From Fibrobacterales bacterium (GTDB lineage Bacteria > Fibrobacterota > Fibrobacteria > Fibrobacterales > JAOPTW01), in contig JAOPTX010000007.1 in assembly GCA_051532055.1 (NCBI GenBank), forward strand, positions 1-64,000: DNA of 64,000 nucleotides, written 5' to 3'. Positions 41,033 to 51,380 of the stretch are shown here, one piece after another. Below the pieces are notes generated by a model that had not been told where the DNA came from, did not search any database, and worked only from the letters and a program-made list of their open reading frames with translations. Both the position numbers and the translations under genes were made by a program. Numbering within the stretch: the first letter of the stretch is position 1; every line of letters begins with the position of its first letter.

Positions 41033-42085
41033 ATGAATTTTCGAAATAAAGCCTTATTAGTTTTCTTCATTATAGCAGCTTCAATCATAAATGCATCTCC
41101 TCCCTATGCTCCCAAAGGTGATGTAAGAAAAACAACCATAGATGACTTCTATAAACATCCAAAGGTTGGAGACGATTTTAACGAGACATGGCGTTATAAC
41201 ATAACCCTCACTAATGGCACTAAAATTTTTCTCAATTACACCTCTATGAAAGTTCCTATGAAAGGGACCCAATGCGGTACTAATATATCACTCTTTAATT
41301 TTCACGGAAAGAACTATCAAGTTGGCCGTCAATACCCCGCCGCACGATTCAAACAAGATAAATCTCAACAATTATTGAGTATTAAAAATGCAACGGGTAA
41401 AGATAACGTCTTCTATATGAAAGGCAAGCCAGGGCCAGGCCACACTATTAAATTTCTCACATCAAAAAACGAAGGGTTTAATATTGAGCTCTTAGTTACT
41501 AAAAGCTATCCAGGGCTCGTAAAGGGTGACGGTATTTTTGACATTAGAGGAAAAAAAACAGGGCTCTTTATTCACCTTCCTTCTGCAGAAATTAAAGGAA
41601 CTGTTCATGTAGGCAATATAAAAGAACACGTAACGGGAACCATGTACATGGAACAAATATGGCAGTCTCACCTTTCAACTGAAACTTCTTCTCATGCATT
41701 TCAAATGTATGGAGACAAAAGCCCTCTCATGGGAAACATTATTGTCGGTTCAAAATCTCTTAACTCAAATATTTTTGGCTATGCAATTAATCGTCAAGAT
41801 ACCACACTCATTTTCCCAAAGATTGTCACATCCAAGGGCGCGACTATTTCGTACAAAAGTAGCGCAATAAGCGACCCAATTTTCACCTTTTGGGACCGTG
41901 AAAGACCGTTTATCGGGAGTACCTTTACTCGCCAACAACGCTACTCAGTACTTCTCACTATTGATGGATGGTTTGCTAAAAAAGCTGCCAAAATGGCAAT
42001 GGGGGGAGAAGCTATTTTCAATAGAGGCGTCGGCCTCCTCAACAACCTCCCCATTGATTATAATTTCTATCAACTGGATGACTAA
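41033..42085 (+). CDS. Secreted hypothetical protein, possibly AttH/lipocalin-like beta-barrel
   Basis: Signal peptide; FNETWRYN and GTMYMEQIW resemble AttH/CrtC-like E-W-Y and G..y.d..w motifs. Confidence 0.5.
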   Translation: MNFRNKALLVFFIIAASIINASPPYAPKGDVRKTTIDDFYKHPKVGDDFNETWRYNITLTNGTKIFLNYTSMKVPMKGTQCGTNISLFNFHGKNYQVGRQYPAARFKQDKSQQLLSIKNATGKDNVFYMKGKPGPGHTIKFLTSKNEGFNIELLVTKSYPGLVKGDGIFDIRGKKTGLFIHLPSAEIKGTVHVGNIKEHVTGTMYMEQIWQSHLSTETSSHAFQMYGDKSPLMGNIIVGSKSLNSNIFGYAINRQDTTLIFPKIVTSKGATISYKSSAISDPIFTFWDRERPFIGSTFTRQQRYSVLLTIDGWFAKKAAKMAMGGEAIFNRGVGLLNNLPIDYNFYQLDD

Positions 42086-42849
42086 TGACCAAATTTAGAC
42101 CGTGTATCGACCTTCACAATGGAGCCGTAAAACAGATTGTTGGCGGCACTCTCAACGACACCACCACTCCCATAACTAATTTTGTATCAAATCATTCAGC
42201 TAAGTGGTTTGCAGAGCAGTACCGCTCTGATAGCCTTACAGGCGGCCACGTTATCAAGCTTGGACCTGGTAATGAAACTGCCGCTCTTGAAGCACTTAAA
42301 GCGTATCCTGGGGGCTTGCAAATCGGTGGAGGCATCACTCCAGATAATGCACTTTCGTATTTAGAAGCCGGGGCATCACATGTTATTGTGACCTCATATC
42401 TCTTTACTAATAAAACGCTTGACTATGACAAACTAAGGAAGCTTGTTGCTGTAGTTGGTAAAGAACGATTAATATTAGATTTAAGCTGCAGAGCTAAAGG
42501 TGAGAGTTGGTTTGTCGCAACAGATCGTTGGCAAACCCTAACAGACACCGAAATTACTGCTGAAACTCTTATTGAACTCGAAGAATATTGTACAGAATTT
42601 CTTGTACATGCAGCCGACGTTGAAGGACTCCAGGGCGGTATCGATTCTCGGCTGGTATCCTTTCTCGCTGAATATACAACAATACCAGTAACCTATGCAG
42701 GGGGGGCCCGTACAATAGCCGACCTTCAATTAGTAAATGAGTTATCTCAAGGTAAAATAGATTTAACTATTGGAAGCGCATTAGATATTTTTGGTGGTTC
42801 AGGTATTACATACGCGGAATGTCTTTTGTTTAACTCAAAAACTGAGTGA
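42085..42849 (+). CDS. hisA: Phosphoribosylformimino-AICAR-P isomerase, eukaryote (His6)-type
   Basis: FRPCIDLHNGAVKQIVGGTL, GGHVIKLG, LDLSCR, HAADVEG, DLTIGSALDIFGG. Confidence 0.93.
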   Translation: MTKFRPCIDLHNGAVKQIVGGTLNDTTTPITNFVSNHSAKWFAEQYRSDSLTGGHVIKLGPGNETAALEALKAYPGGLQIGGGITPDNALSYLEAGASHVIVTSYLFTNKTLDYDKLRKLVAVVGKERLILDLSCRAKGESWFVATDRWQTLTDTEITAETLIELEEYCTEFLVHAADVEGLQGGIDSRLVSFLAEYTTIPVTYAGGARTIADLQLVNELSQGKIDLTIGSALDIFGGSGITYAECLLFNSKTE

Positions 42850-42899
42850 CCACCCCTACCCCATAATTTAGGGACAGCTCCCTGTATAAAAGCTATATT

Positions 42900-44279
42900 T
42901 TGGCCACGTCACTCTTTTGTATTGAGACACCTGTGAATAGAGCCCCAAAACGCACTTTTGGAAAAGAACGTAAAGTCCTACATTTAAAACCAAATCTTTT
43001 TGGCACTATCAATCTTGTCATTCGATTTCACTGTATTCTTTTAGCAAACCTTCCCTCATTAATTCAATTTAGGTTTTCATATAAAAGACGTCCAAAGCGC
43101 ACCTCACCACGTATATTTCTCTATTCTGACAACCTCGATGAAACCAATGGTATCTCAGTAAATTCTCGTATTGTCGTGTCTCGGCTTAAAGAAATGGGAA
43201 GAGATGCCTACCTCATTGGCTCAGCTTATCATACCAATACACGAGGCCGTGTTGAACAAAATGGCACTATTCTTGCACCACAACTTTTCTCCCTAGAACA
43301 ATTTGGATATAAAGACTCAGAGATGGCAATTCCATCCTTAGGTGACCTTATTAAAGTATTCAGGCACCTTCCTCCCGACTTAATTGAGATCGAAACCCCT
43401 GCTACTGGTGGTTCACTTATCACCTTTGCTGCTAAAATCGTAGGAATACCTGTCATACAACACTACCGCACTGACATGATCGCCTATATGAAAAAGCTCA
43501 ATGTAGGGCTAGCAGAACGCATTTTTACAAAACTATGGATTAAGTTACTCTGTAAAATCACTCGTCCGATTGTAGTCCCTTCAGAAGATTTCCGCATTAA
43601 GGTTCGAAAAGAGTTTGGGATACCAGAGCAGGATATTGTTAAAATTCGCCGTGGCGTAAACATTATCGACTTTTCTCCTGAATTTAGGTATGAACCATTT
43701 TGGAACCGATGGTCTGAGAACAATGCCGCAACTCGATTCGTTTATGTTGGCCGTGTTTCGAAAGAAAAAGAACTCGATTTTTTAGAAGAGGTATGGAAAG
43801 AGTTTAGAGTAACCCATACTAACTGCGAACTCCTCATTGTTGGTGACGGCCCCTACCTGAGTGAAATGAAAAAGCATGCAGAATTTTTCCCCGAAGTATT
43901 TTTTAGTGGAAAACTTCTCGGAAAAGAGCTTGCCCTCGCCTATGCTCATGCTGACTTTTTCCTCTTCCCTAGTGGAACAGACACCTTTGGAAATGTAGTT
44001 GTTGAGGCGCTCGCCAGCGCCACACCTGCCATCGTATCTGATAGCGGTGGCCCTAAAGATATTATTGAATCAGGTGAGTATGGTAGAGTAATCCCTTTTA
44101 AAGATCACACCTGCTGGATTGATGTCCTTGAAGAATGTCACGATATTCGTCAAACAATGCCTGAGCGCCTTGAAGAGATGCAACACGCCGCTGTTAAGCG
44201 ATCACACTATTATGATCTCGATAAATCATGTGATGCGTTTTGGGAGTTCTACGAAAAAATTCTCCTCTACCGCTTTTAG
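42900..44279 (+). CDS. GT4 family glycosyltransferase (true start may be downstream, e.g. GTG 42933)
   Basis: YSDNLDETNGIS, YVGRVSKEK, VGDGP, FPSGTDTFGNVVVEALAS. Confidence 0.92.
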   Translation: MATSLFCIETPVNRAPKRTFGKERKVLHLKPNLFGTINLVIRFHCILLANLPSLIQFRFSYKRRPKRTSPRIFLYSDNLDETNGISVNSRIVVSRLKEMGRDAYLIGSAYHTNTRGRVEQNGTILAPQLFSLEQFGYKDSEMAIPSLGDLIKVFRHLPPDLIEIETPATGGSLITFAAKIVGIPVIQHYRTDMIAYMKKLNVGLAERIFTKLWIKLLCKITRPIVVPSEDFRIKVRKEFGIPEQDIVKIRRGVNIIDFSPEFRYEPFWNRWSENNAATRFVYVGRVSKEKELDFLEEVWKEFRVTHTNCELLIVGDGPYLSEMKKHAEFFPEVFFSGKLLGKELALAYAHADFFLFPSGTDTFGNVVVEALASATPAIVSDSGGPKDIIESGEYGRVIPFKDHTCWIDVLEECHDIRQTMPERLEEMQHAAVKRSHYYDLDKSCDAFWEFYEKILLYRF

Positions 44280-47200
44280 CTTTCTTTCATTCCAAACCGA
44301 GCAAATACCCAATAGAGCATTGGTACAAAAAAGAGTGTTAAGGTTGTTGAAACAATCAAACCACCAATTGATGCTATAGCCATTGGTTGTCGCATCTCAG
44401 CTCCAGCCCCCAGACCTAAAGCAAGAGGCATCATTGCCATTATCGTCGCAATATTTGTCATTACAATAGCACGAAATTTACTTGCAGCACCTTTAATTGC
44501 AGCCTCTCGAAGAGTCAGGCCTTCATTGCGCATAAGATGATTAGCATAGTCCAAAATCAATATACCATTATTTACCACGATACCAATAAGCATTACAATA
44601 GCCATCAGGGAAATTATAGAGATTGCTGATCCCGAAAGAAACAATGACCAGATCACTCCTATAAGCCCAAGGGGTATTGTAGACATAATAATTATGGGCT
44701 GTAAAAAACTTTCGAGCAATGCCGTAAGAAGAACATAGGTTAAAATAATAGCCATAACAATTGCAATTAAAAAATCCGCTGCAGCATCTGCCATCATTTC
44801 TGCATTACCGCCAAAAGTAATACGAGTATCCCCCTTAAGATTGAGACTTTCAATATATGGATCTAGCTGCTTTTGTACATCTCCTGGCGTCATACCTGGT
44901 ACAAGGTTTGTCGAGATTTTCACCATACGCTCTTTATTTTTTCTCGAGATCGTTGTCGGCCCTTCAGATGCACTCTCTTCAACAAATGATGCAAGAGGTA
45001 TTACACCTCGGGGACTGAGTATAGGAAGTGAAAGAATATCTGATCGCTTTTTTCGGTCACTCTCTGCAAATTTGACAGTGACATCATATTCATCCACTCC
45101 TTCTCGATATTGTGTTGCTGCATCACCCACAACATACATGCGAATAGTTTGAGCAATCTGCCCAACAGTTACCCCATAATCTGCCACAGCATTTCTTCGA
45201 GGGCGAAGCACCAACTCTGGTTTACCACTTTTCCAATTGGTCTCCATATCTGCAACACCAGGTACCGCAGCAATAAAGCTACTCACCGAATCAACAGCCT
45301 CTAGGATATTATCCATATTCGTACCAACGATCTCTACATCTAGGTCACTGGCATTCGGGTCACCACCGGTTGACTTGATAGACTTAATAATTATCGAAGC
45401 ATCAGGGATATGAACCATTTGCGTTCTCAAATCAGCAACAATCTCTTCAGTAGAACGGTCACGTTCAGATTTGTCTTTGAGTTGCACGACCACAAAAGAA
45501 AGATGTCCCCCCTGCGCTAACCCTTCAATAGTCCCTATTGTTGCATACTGAGAGACTAACTCTGGTACATCTCTCAATACTTCTTCAACTTTTGCCACTG
45601 CCCTATTTGACGTCTCAAGGTTTGTCCCCGAAGGAAGCTCTACTTTTACTTCAAAAGTCCCTTCATCTGATTTCGGAACAAACTCTCCACCAAGTTGAGT
45701 AACCACAATTCCTATGCTTGCAAATAGCAACAACACAACAATTGACGTCACGATAGTTCCGAGTCGGGTTAGTACAAGTTCGAGCCCATATTCATACTTT
45801 TGCTCAATCCAATGCATCAACCCTTTCCGGTCGGTATCTGCAAACTCATCAATCTCTTTCTGATTACGATTGTGCAACATACGTGAAGCCATCATTGGCG
45901 TAAGAGTAAAAGAGACGAAGAGAGATACTCCCGTAACATAGACCATAGTCATCCCAAATTCTACAAAAAAGGCTCCTACTATACTTTGCATAAAAGCAAT
46001 CGGTACAAACACCGCAACATTAGTGAGAGTCGATGCAATCACTGCTGTTGCAATTTCTATCGTCCCTTCTTCTGCTGATTTTTTTGGGTCATCACCTCTA
46101 CCCATATGCTTGATAATATTTTCGAGTACTACAATAGAATTTGTTACTAAAATACCTACCGCAATACCAATAGCCATTAAACTCATCATATTAAACGTAA
46201 AACCGGAACCGTACATAAACGTTACCGTCCCAATAATAGAGATCGGCATTGTTGTTGCCGCAATAATGGTGATTGACATTTTTCTCAAAAATACAAGGAG
46301 TACAATAGCAGTAAGTATAATCCCAAAAATGATATTTACATACACATCATTGACTGAGTTATTTACAAAAATAGAGTTATCCTTTGCAACACTCAGAGTG
46401 TACCCTTCTGGAAGTCCTGCAGTGATTACTTTTAACTTCTTTTTAATCTTGTCAGCAACATTGATAATATTTGCATCTGCCCGCTTCTTTATACTCAGTC
46501 CCACAGAGGTGACTTCATTATACCGTGCATCTTGTACTTGTTCTTTGTACGTATCAGTTACACGGGCAATATGTTTCAATTGAACCACACCCATTTTAGT
46601 GGGGATTTCAAGTTCATTCAGTTGATCAAGTGAGACAAATTTAGAGTTTATCCGTACATTGATGTCTTGCGTTTGATTCTCAATATTTCCAAGAGGAAAA
46701 TTAAGGTTACTCGCTCGTATAATGCCAAATACCGATTCATAGGAAAGCCCTCGAGCCTCCATCTCTGTTTTACTCAATTCAACTAATATCTCACGCTCAA
46801 CGCCTCCTTCAATATTAACCGCCGCTACACCCGATACTTTCGCGAGCCGTTCTTGAATATCCTCTGCTCTCTTTTTTACAGCAACAAGTGATTCATCACC
46901 CGTCAACGCAAGAGACAATACAGGCTTATCACCAATATCAAATTTGGTAACAACAGGGTCTTCAATTGCATCGGGAAGCTCTCTTCGAATCTCATTTATT
47001 TTATCTTTTACATCAATAGAGGCAAAGTCGACATTGAGACCCATATTAAATTGAATGGTTATAATACTCACCCCTTCCATTTGGTATGAGTAAATGAGAT
47101 CAACTCCATCCAGAAGAGAAAAGGCGTCTTCGAGTTTTTCGGTTACCGAAGTTTCAATTTCTTCAGGCCCTGCCCCAGGGTAGATTGTTGTAATGGTTAC

Positions 47201-47335
47201 TACCGGTATATCTACCTTAGGCATGATCTCCATAGACATCATCCTGAAAGTATAGACGCCAAAGACTACGAGCGCAGTAATTATCATGAGCATGGTAATT
47301 GGTTTATTGATACTTAATCGTATTAGTGAACGCAT
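44276..47335 (-). CDS. RND (AcrB/AcrD/AcrF-family) permease
   Basis: YPGAGPEEIE, TIPLGLIGV, GIVVNNGIL, RAIVMT, PMAIASIGGL; 1019 aa. Confidence 0.96.
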   Translation of the reverse strand: MRSLIRLSINKPITMLMIITALVVFGVYTFRMMSMEIMPKVDIPVVTITTIYPGAGPEEIETSVTEKLEDAFSLLDGVDLIYSYQMEGVSIITIQFNMGLNVDFASIDVKDKINEIRRELPDAIEDPVVTKFDIGDKPVLSLALTGDESLVAVKKRAEDIQERLAKVSGVAAVNIEGGVEREILVELSKTEMEARGLSYESVFGIIRASNLNFPLGNIENQTQDINVRINSKFVSLDQLNELEIPTKMGVVQLKHIARVTDTYKEQVQDARYNEVTSVGLSIKKRADANIINVADKIKKKLKVITAGLPEGYTLSVAKDNSIFVNNSVNDVYVNIIFGIILTAIVLLVFLRKMSITIIAATTMPISIIGTVTFMYGSGFTFNMMSLMAIGIAVGILVTNSIVVLENIIKHMGRGDDPKKSAEEGTIEIATAVIASTLTNVAVFVPIAFMQSIVGAFFVEFGMTMVYVTGVSLFVSFTLTPMMASRMLHNRNQKEIDEFADTDRKGLMHWIEQKYEYGLELVLTRLGTIVTSIVVLLLFASIGIVVTQLGGEFVPKSDEGTFEVKVELPSGTNLETSNRAVAKVEEVLRDVPELVSQYATIGTIEGLAQGGHLSFVVVQLKDKSERDRSTEEIVADLRTQMVHIPDASIIIKSIKSTGGDPNASDLDVEIVGTNMDNILEAVDSVSSFIAAVPGVADMETNWKSGKPELVLRPRRNAVADYGVTVGQIAQTIRMYVVGDAATQYREGVDEYDVTVKFAESDRKKRSDILSLPILSPRGVIPLASFVEESASEGPTTISRKNKERMVKISTNLVPGMTPGDVQKQLDPYIESLNLKGDTRITFGGNAEMMADAAADFLIAIVMAIILTYVLLTALLESFLQPIIIMSTIPLGLIGVIWSLFLSGSAISIISLMAIVMLIGIVVNNGILILDYANHLMRNEGLTLREAAIKGAASKFRAIVMTNIATIMAMMPLALGLGAGAEMRQPMAIASIGGLIVSTTLTLFFVPMLYWVFARFGMKES

Positions 47336-47354
47336 TATATTCTCCTCATCTCAC

Positions 47355-48416
47355 CTATTGAGCGCCAGTAATCTGATTAGTCATCAGTACTTTCACCCCA
47401 TCACTCAATCTCGTTGCACCAGTAGTCACAACAAAATCACCTTCTTGTACACCCTTTTTTATAGAGGCATAATCATCATTCTCAAGGAGTACGTTAACCA
47501 ACTGCTTTTTGGCTACTCCATCATTCACCACATACACATACGGTTGTTCTTTATCGTATCTCAAGGCTGTGACAGGGATATATTTACCCTCTTGCTCATT
47601 GGTAATTACATTTACTTTAACATACATCCCTGGCTTTAACGTCTTCTCTTTATTATTAAATCGAATTTCTACATTAAAGAATCGGGTCATAGGATTTGCC
47701 GCAAGAGGCACCTTTTCAACATGCCCCCATATCTTTTTATCACCCATTTCGATAAAGGCATTTAAACCTTTTTTAAACTTATGAATCTCTTGTGAACTCA
47801 CATTTACCTTTAGAAGCATAGTGTTTATCTGCGCAATCTTCATCATAGGGTATTCATCCTTCCCCGTAATAGCAACAGTCCCCTCTTTGAAAAAGATATC
47901 AGTTATAACTCCATTAAATGGCGCAAGAACATTTCTCGCCTTACGCATGGAGTCAAAATTTGCCTTTGCAGCCAAGTAATTTGCTTCAACTTCATCGAGC
48001 TTTTGTTTAGAGACACCGCCCTTTTCATATACTCGCTTTAACCGGTTATATGACTTTACTGCTATATTAAATTGAACCTGTGCTTGACGATACTTTGGTG
48101 TAACGCCTTGATCATCAAGGATAGCAAGTACTTGGTCTTTTTTAACATAGTCTCCAATTGCAACCGATATCTTTTGAATATATTCTGGGAGTACTGCATA
48201 AATATTTTTCTGACGCGCCCCTTCAACATCACCAGAGTACTTACTTATTTTCGATATTTTTCCCGATGCAACAATATCGACTGTTACCGGCACCCCTTTT
48301 TGCACTTGGAGTTCCGTCATGTTAGGCTTATCATCAATAGGTGCTTTTTCGCATCCCCCGACAATAAGTACGAGACTTATTATCGACACTATTTCTCTTA
48401 TTACTTTCATGTTCAT
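47355..48416 (-). CDS. RND membrane fusion (adaptor) protein
   Basis: Lipobox VGGC; GDYVKKDQVL, APFNGVI, LKPGMY. Confidence 0.93.
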   Translation of the reverse strand: MNMKVIREIVSIISLVLIVGGCEKAPIDDKPNMTELQVQKGVPVTVDIVASGKISKISKYSGDVEGARQKNIYAVLPEYIQKISVAIGDYVKKDQVLAILDDQGVTPKYRQAQVQFNIAVKSYNRLKRVYEKGGVSKQKLDEVEANYLAAKANFDSMRKARNVLAPFNGVITDIFFKEGTVAITGKDEYPMMKIAQINTMLLKVNVSSQEIHKFKKGLNAFIEMGDKKIWGHVEKVPLAANPMTRFFNVEIRFNNKEKTLKPGMYVKVNVITNEQEGKYIPVTALRYDKEQPYVYVVNDGVAKKQLVNVLLENDDYASIKKGVQEGDFVVTTGATRLSDGVKVLMTNQITGAQ

Positions 48417-48422
48417 ACCTTC

Positions 48423-49805
48423 CTAAAAAATTCCCATTGCCTGTTTTAGACCAATTGATGCTAACGTATAGGCCAACAACGCTTCTTGATATTGTAATTT
48501 TGCCTTTCTCACCTCAAGCTCTGCATCAAGTACTTCAAGCTGTGATGCTTCGCCTATTTCATAGGATGCACTCACCATACCTTCTGTCTTTTGCGTTAAC
48601 TCAATGAGTTTTTTACGTATTATAATTTGCCTCTCGGCTTCTGCTATTTTTTCCCATTCTGATTCTAACTGAAGCTTTATACCTTTACGCGCCTTATCTG
48701 TATTAATTTTAACCTTTTCAAGCTCTGTTCTCGCTTGTACCACCCGTTCCTTTGTAGAAAGTCCATTAAACAGATTGAGCTTGATCCCTGCAAATACCCG
48801 TACATCAGTGTGCCATGTATCATTGATCACTTTATCGCCAATATTCAACAAAGTATAAGCACCACCAACATAGAGAGTAGGGAAATAATCAGACTGTTCA
48901 ATGGTGATAGCATAATCACGAAGCTTCTGTAGTTGTTGTAGCTGGGCAAGTTCTCTTCTATGTTTAAGCGCGGTATCAAATGAGCTCTCTTTTTTAAAAG
49001 ATATTTCAGGTGTCTCTAACTTTCCTTCCAATGCAATATCTTTATTATATGAAAGACCCATGGTATTGAGGAGTGCGTTTTTTGCTAGTACCAAGTCTTG
49101 CTGCATCGCATCGGAATCCACCTCTAGACTACTGACATTAATTTGAGCGCGGAGATAATCAATTTCACTCACAAGACCTGAAGCATGCATTGTTTCAACC
49201 TGAGCCAAATGCTTTTGAGCAGTTGAAAGCGCCTCCATCATAATGTCCACAGCTTTATCAAAGTAAAGCGCCCTATAAAAGCTTTGGGTTACCATAAACT
49301 TTACTTCAGTCATGAGTGCTTCATGTTGATACTCACTCAGTTTTTCATATTCTACCGCAATCTTCGGTGCAGTCCATGCTGCCTGATTAAAAATTGTTTG
49401 AGTAAGTACAAGTCCTGCTGTGGTTTGATGATCATTCGTCATACTTTCGCCAAGACCCTGCATCATTGAACCAATATCATATGCAAGGGCCGCAGTTGGT
49501 TGACTAAAGGTCGCTGAGTCACCTGGAGTGATAAATGGAGTTGCCGAAGGGTACGGATTACTATTATCTCCTTCCAAAGGATTATATTGTTCTACAGCCC
49601 ATTCCCACTTTGCATCAAAATCGATTTTAGGAAAAACCGCACTATAAGCAGCACGCACCTGTGAACGCGAATTCTTAAGCGTTTCATGTGATTCCTTTAT
49701 TGATTGATTATGTGCTACCGCAATCTCCACAGCCTTCTCTAAGGTGTAGAGCTCTGCATAGAGCGCACTCGATAATAGTATCACACATATAACCCATTTA
49801 TTCAT
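48423..49805 (-). CDS. TolC-family outer membrane efflux protein
   Basis: Signal peptide; GLVSEIDYL, YFPTL, GEASQLEVLDAE. Confidence 0.92.
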   Translation of the reverse strand: MNKWVICVILLSSALYAELYTLEKAVEIAVAHNQSIKESHETLKNSRSQVRAAYSAVFPKIDFDAKWEWAVEQYNPLEGDNSNPYPSATPFITPGDSATFSQPTAALAYDIGSMMQGLGESMTNDHQTTAGLVLTQTIFNQAAWTAPKIAVEYEKLSEYQHEALMTEVKFMVTQSFYRALYFDKAVDIMMEALSTAQKHLAQVETMHASGLVSEIDYLRAQINVSSLEVDSDAMQQDLVLAKNALLNTMGLSYNKDIALEGKLETPEISFKKESSFDTALKHRRELAQLQQLQKLRDYAITIEQSDYFPTLYVGGAYTLLNIGDKVINDTWHTDVRVFAGIKLNLFNGLSTKERVVQARTELEKVKINTDKARKGIKLQLESEWEKIAEAERQIIIRKKLIELTQKTEGMVSASYEIGEASQLEVLDAELEVRKAKLQYQEALLAYTLASIGLKQAMGIF

Positions 49806-49818
49806 AAGAGAGCACTCC

Positions 49819-50418
49819 TTAAAGTTCTTTAAAAAATGAATTCATAAGTAATTCACTAACTACAGTATCATCATCAGAAAGCATTCCTCGAATCATGCAT
49901 TTTTTAATAGCGGATAAATTGGTAAAAAATGAAATACTCAAAAAGCGCGCATCAGTCTTTTGTATCTCTCCTCGTTCCATTGCCTGTTCAAACATTTCTA
50001 CAAATGGTGCATGGAAAGTGTCAAAAAATTGACACGACTTATTAAATACTTCACTGTTCTGCACCTGCCAAGAAGAGTATTCTAAAAAGGCAAGTATCTC
50101 GTTCAATGCAACTTGCTTAAGGAAATAGTCATGAGAGATTGTAAGTACCTGGGTCATTTTTTCAACAATGTGTCCATCTACCTTAACTGTCTGAGATATC
50201 TCACTCAAAAACTCACTAAACACTTTCTCTACAAGAGACCAAATAATATCCTCTTTATTTTTGAAATAGTTGTAAAGTGTCCCCTTTCCAAAGTCAGCTT
50301 TTTTAGCAATATCATCAACTGATATATTGGTAATACCCTTCTCTGCTATAAGGTGGGCTGTTGCATTTAATATATCTTCTACATTTCTTCTTCTATTTTT
50401 CTCTTTACGCGTTTCCAA
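49819..50418 (-). CDS. TetR/AcrR-family regulator
   Basis: SVDDIAKKADFGKGTLYNYFKNKEDI HTH; start refined to TTG (LETRKEK). Confidence 0.93.
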   Translation of the reverse strand: METRKEKNRRRNVEDILNATAHLIAEKGITNISVDDIAKKADFGKGTLYNYFKNKEDIIWSLVEKVFSEFLSEISQTVKVDGHIVEKMTQVLTISHDYFLKQVALNEILAFLEYSSWQVQNSEVFNKSCQFFDTFHAPFVEMFEQAMERGEIQKTDARFLSISFFTNLSAIKKCMIRGMLSDDDTVVSELLMNSFFKEL

Positions 50419-50441
50419 TACTATACTCTCATTCTTAATCT

Positions 50442-50485
50442 TGACTACTAGGTCATAATTTAGACAAGAAGTCGCCAGTAAGCAA
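50442..50485 (-). promoter_or_regulatory. Sigma70-type promoter with adjacent TetR-like operator
   Basis: Minus strand TTGCTT-N17-TAAATT; TGAC-N6-GTCA palindrome at 50442-50455 and GAC-N5-GTC at 50463-50473. Confidence 0.55.
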
Positions 50486-50665
50486 TACAATTATTGTAAC
50501 ACTTGGTAACATTGTCCTTTTTCCCAATGATTGTACCTAATATCACTTCATGAAACAATGAATCACCCTATTTTCTAGCAATCGTACCCACTCTTTCCCC
50601 TTGTGTATCAAATGGGCCAGATAATCACGATCACTTATTCACAAAGTGCCAAAAATTTGATATAA

Positions 50666-51322
50666 TTGAGCCAAACACATAAAATTTTTGGTCGGGATTT
50701 GTTCAGAAGTAAACAAATTATTATGCTCTGTTTGGTTATTACAGTTTCACTTTCTGCAATGCCGTTAAAAGACTCTACAGCTATACCTTATAATCGATCC
50801 AATGATATTACCATTGGGTTTTTAAGTTTTCTTACTCTTGCTAATCAGACCAATGATAAAAGTATCTCTTTCTTTAATTTTCAATATAGCCGTAAAATCA
50901 CTCCCCCCATTCACCTCTATTTTGAATGGTATTCTATGGTAGGAGAGATTGCCTATACTGACCCATTAGAGAATAGACTTATCGATAAATTTGGCGTTAC
51001 CGTTCTTCAAACAGGGTTATATATCTACCCTTTTAGCAATACGGCTATTGTAAAAAACTTCTGGGTAAAATCGGGAGTAGGAATATCAAATGTATTTCTA
51101 GAGTCTCGCGAATTTACTCCCCAAAAATTACGTGCGTGCTTATTTATTGGCCCAGGATATCGAGCGGTACTTGCTGACTTCTTCATCATTAATTTTGGTG
51201 TCACTTTTAACCCCTTTCCTGTTCATATCACTAATAGTCTCGAAAACAGACAGCAAGGAGCAACTCAGGGCTACGGCCTTGAATGGCTCTATCCTGATTT
51301 GAGTTTTGGGTTTCGATTTTAG
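50666..51322 (+). CDS. Probable small outer-membrane beta-barrel protein (start possibly at MLCLV)
   Basis: Amphipathic beta strands; C-terminal LSFGFRF beta-signal. Confidence 0.65.
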   Translation: MSQTHKIFGRDLFRSKQIIMLCLVITVSLSAMPLKDSTAIPYNRSNDITIGFLSFLTLANQTNDKSISFFNFQYSRKITPPIHLYFEWYSMVGEIAYTDPLENRLIDKFGVTVLQTGLYIYPFSNTAIVKNFWVKSGVGISNVFLESREFTPQKLRACLFIGPGYRAVLADFFIINFGVTFNPFPVHITNSLENRQQGATQGYGLEWLYPDLSFGFRF

Positions 51323-51323
51323 T

Positions 51324-51356
51324 AAAAAAAAATGCCATGACATTCGTCACAGCACT
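51324..51356 (-). terminator. Intrinsic terminator after secretin
   Basis: Minus strand AGTGCTGTGAC-GAAT-GTCATGGCATT followed by a T run. Confidence 0.75.
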
Positions 51357-51380
51357 CAACAATATAAATAGTAATGCCTA

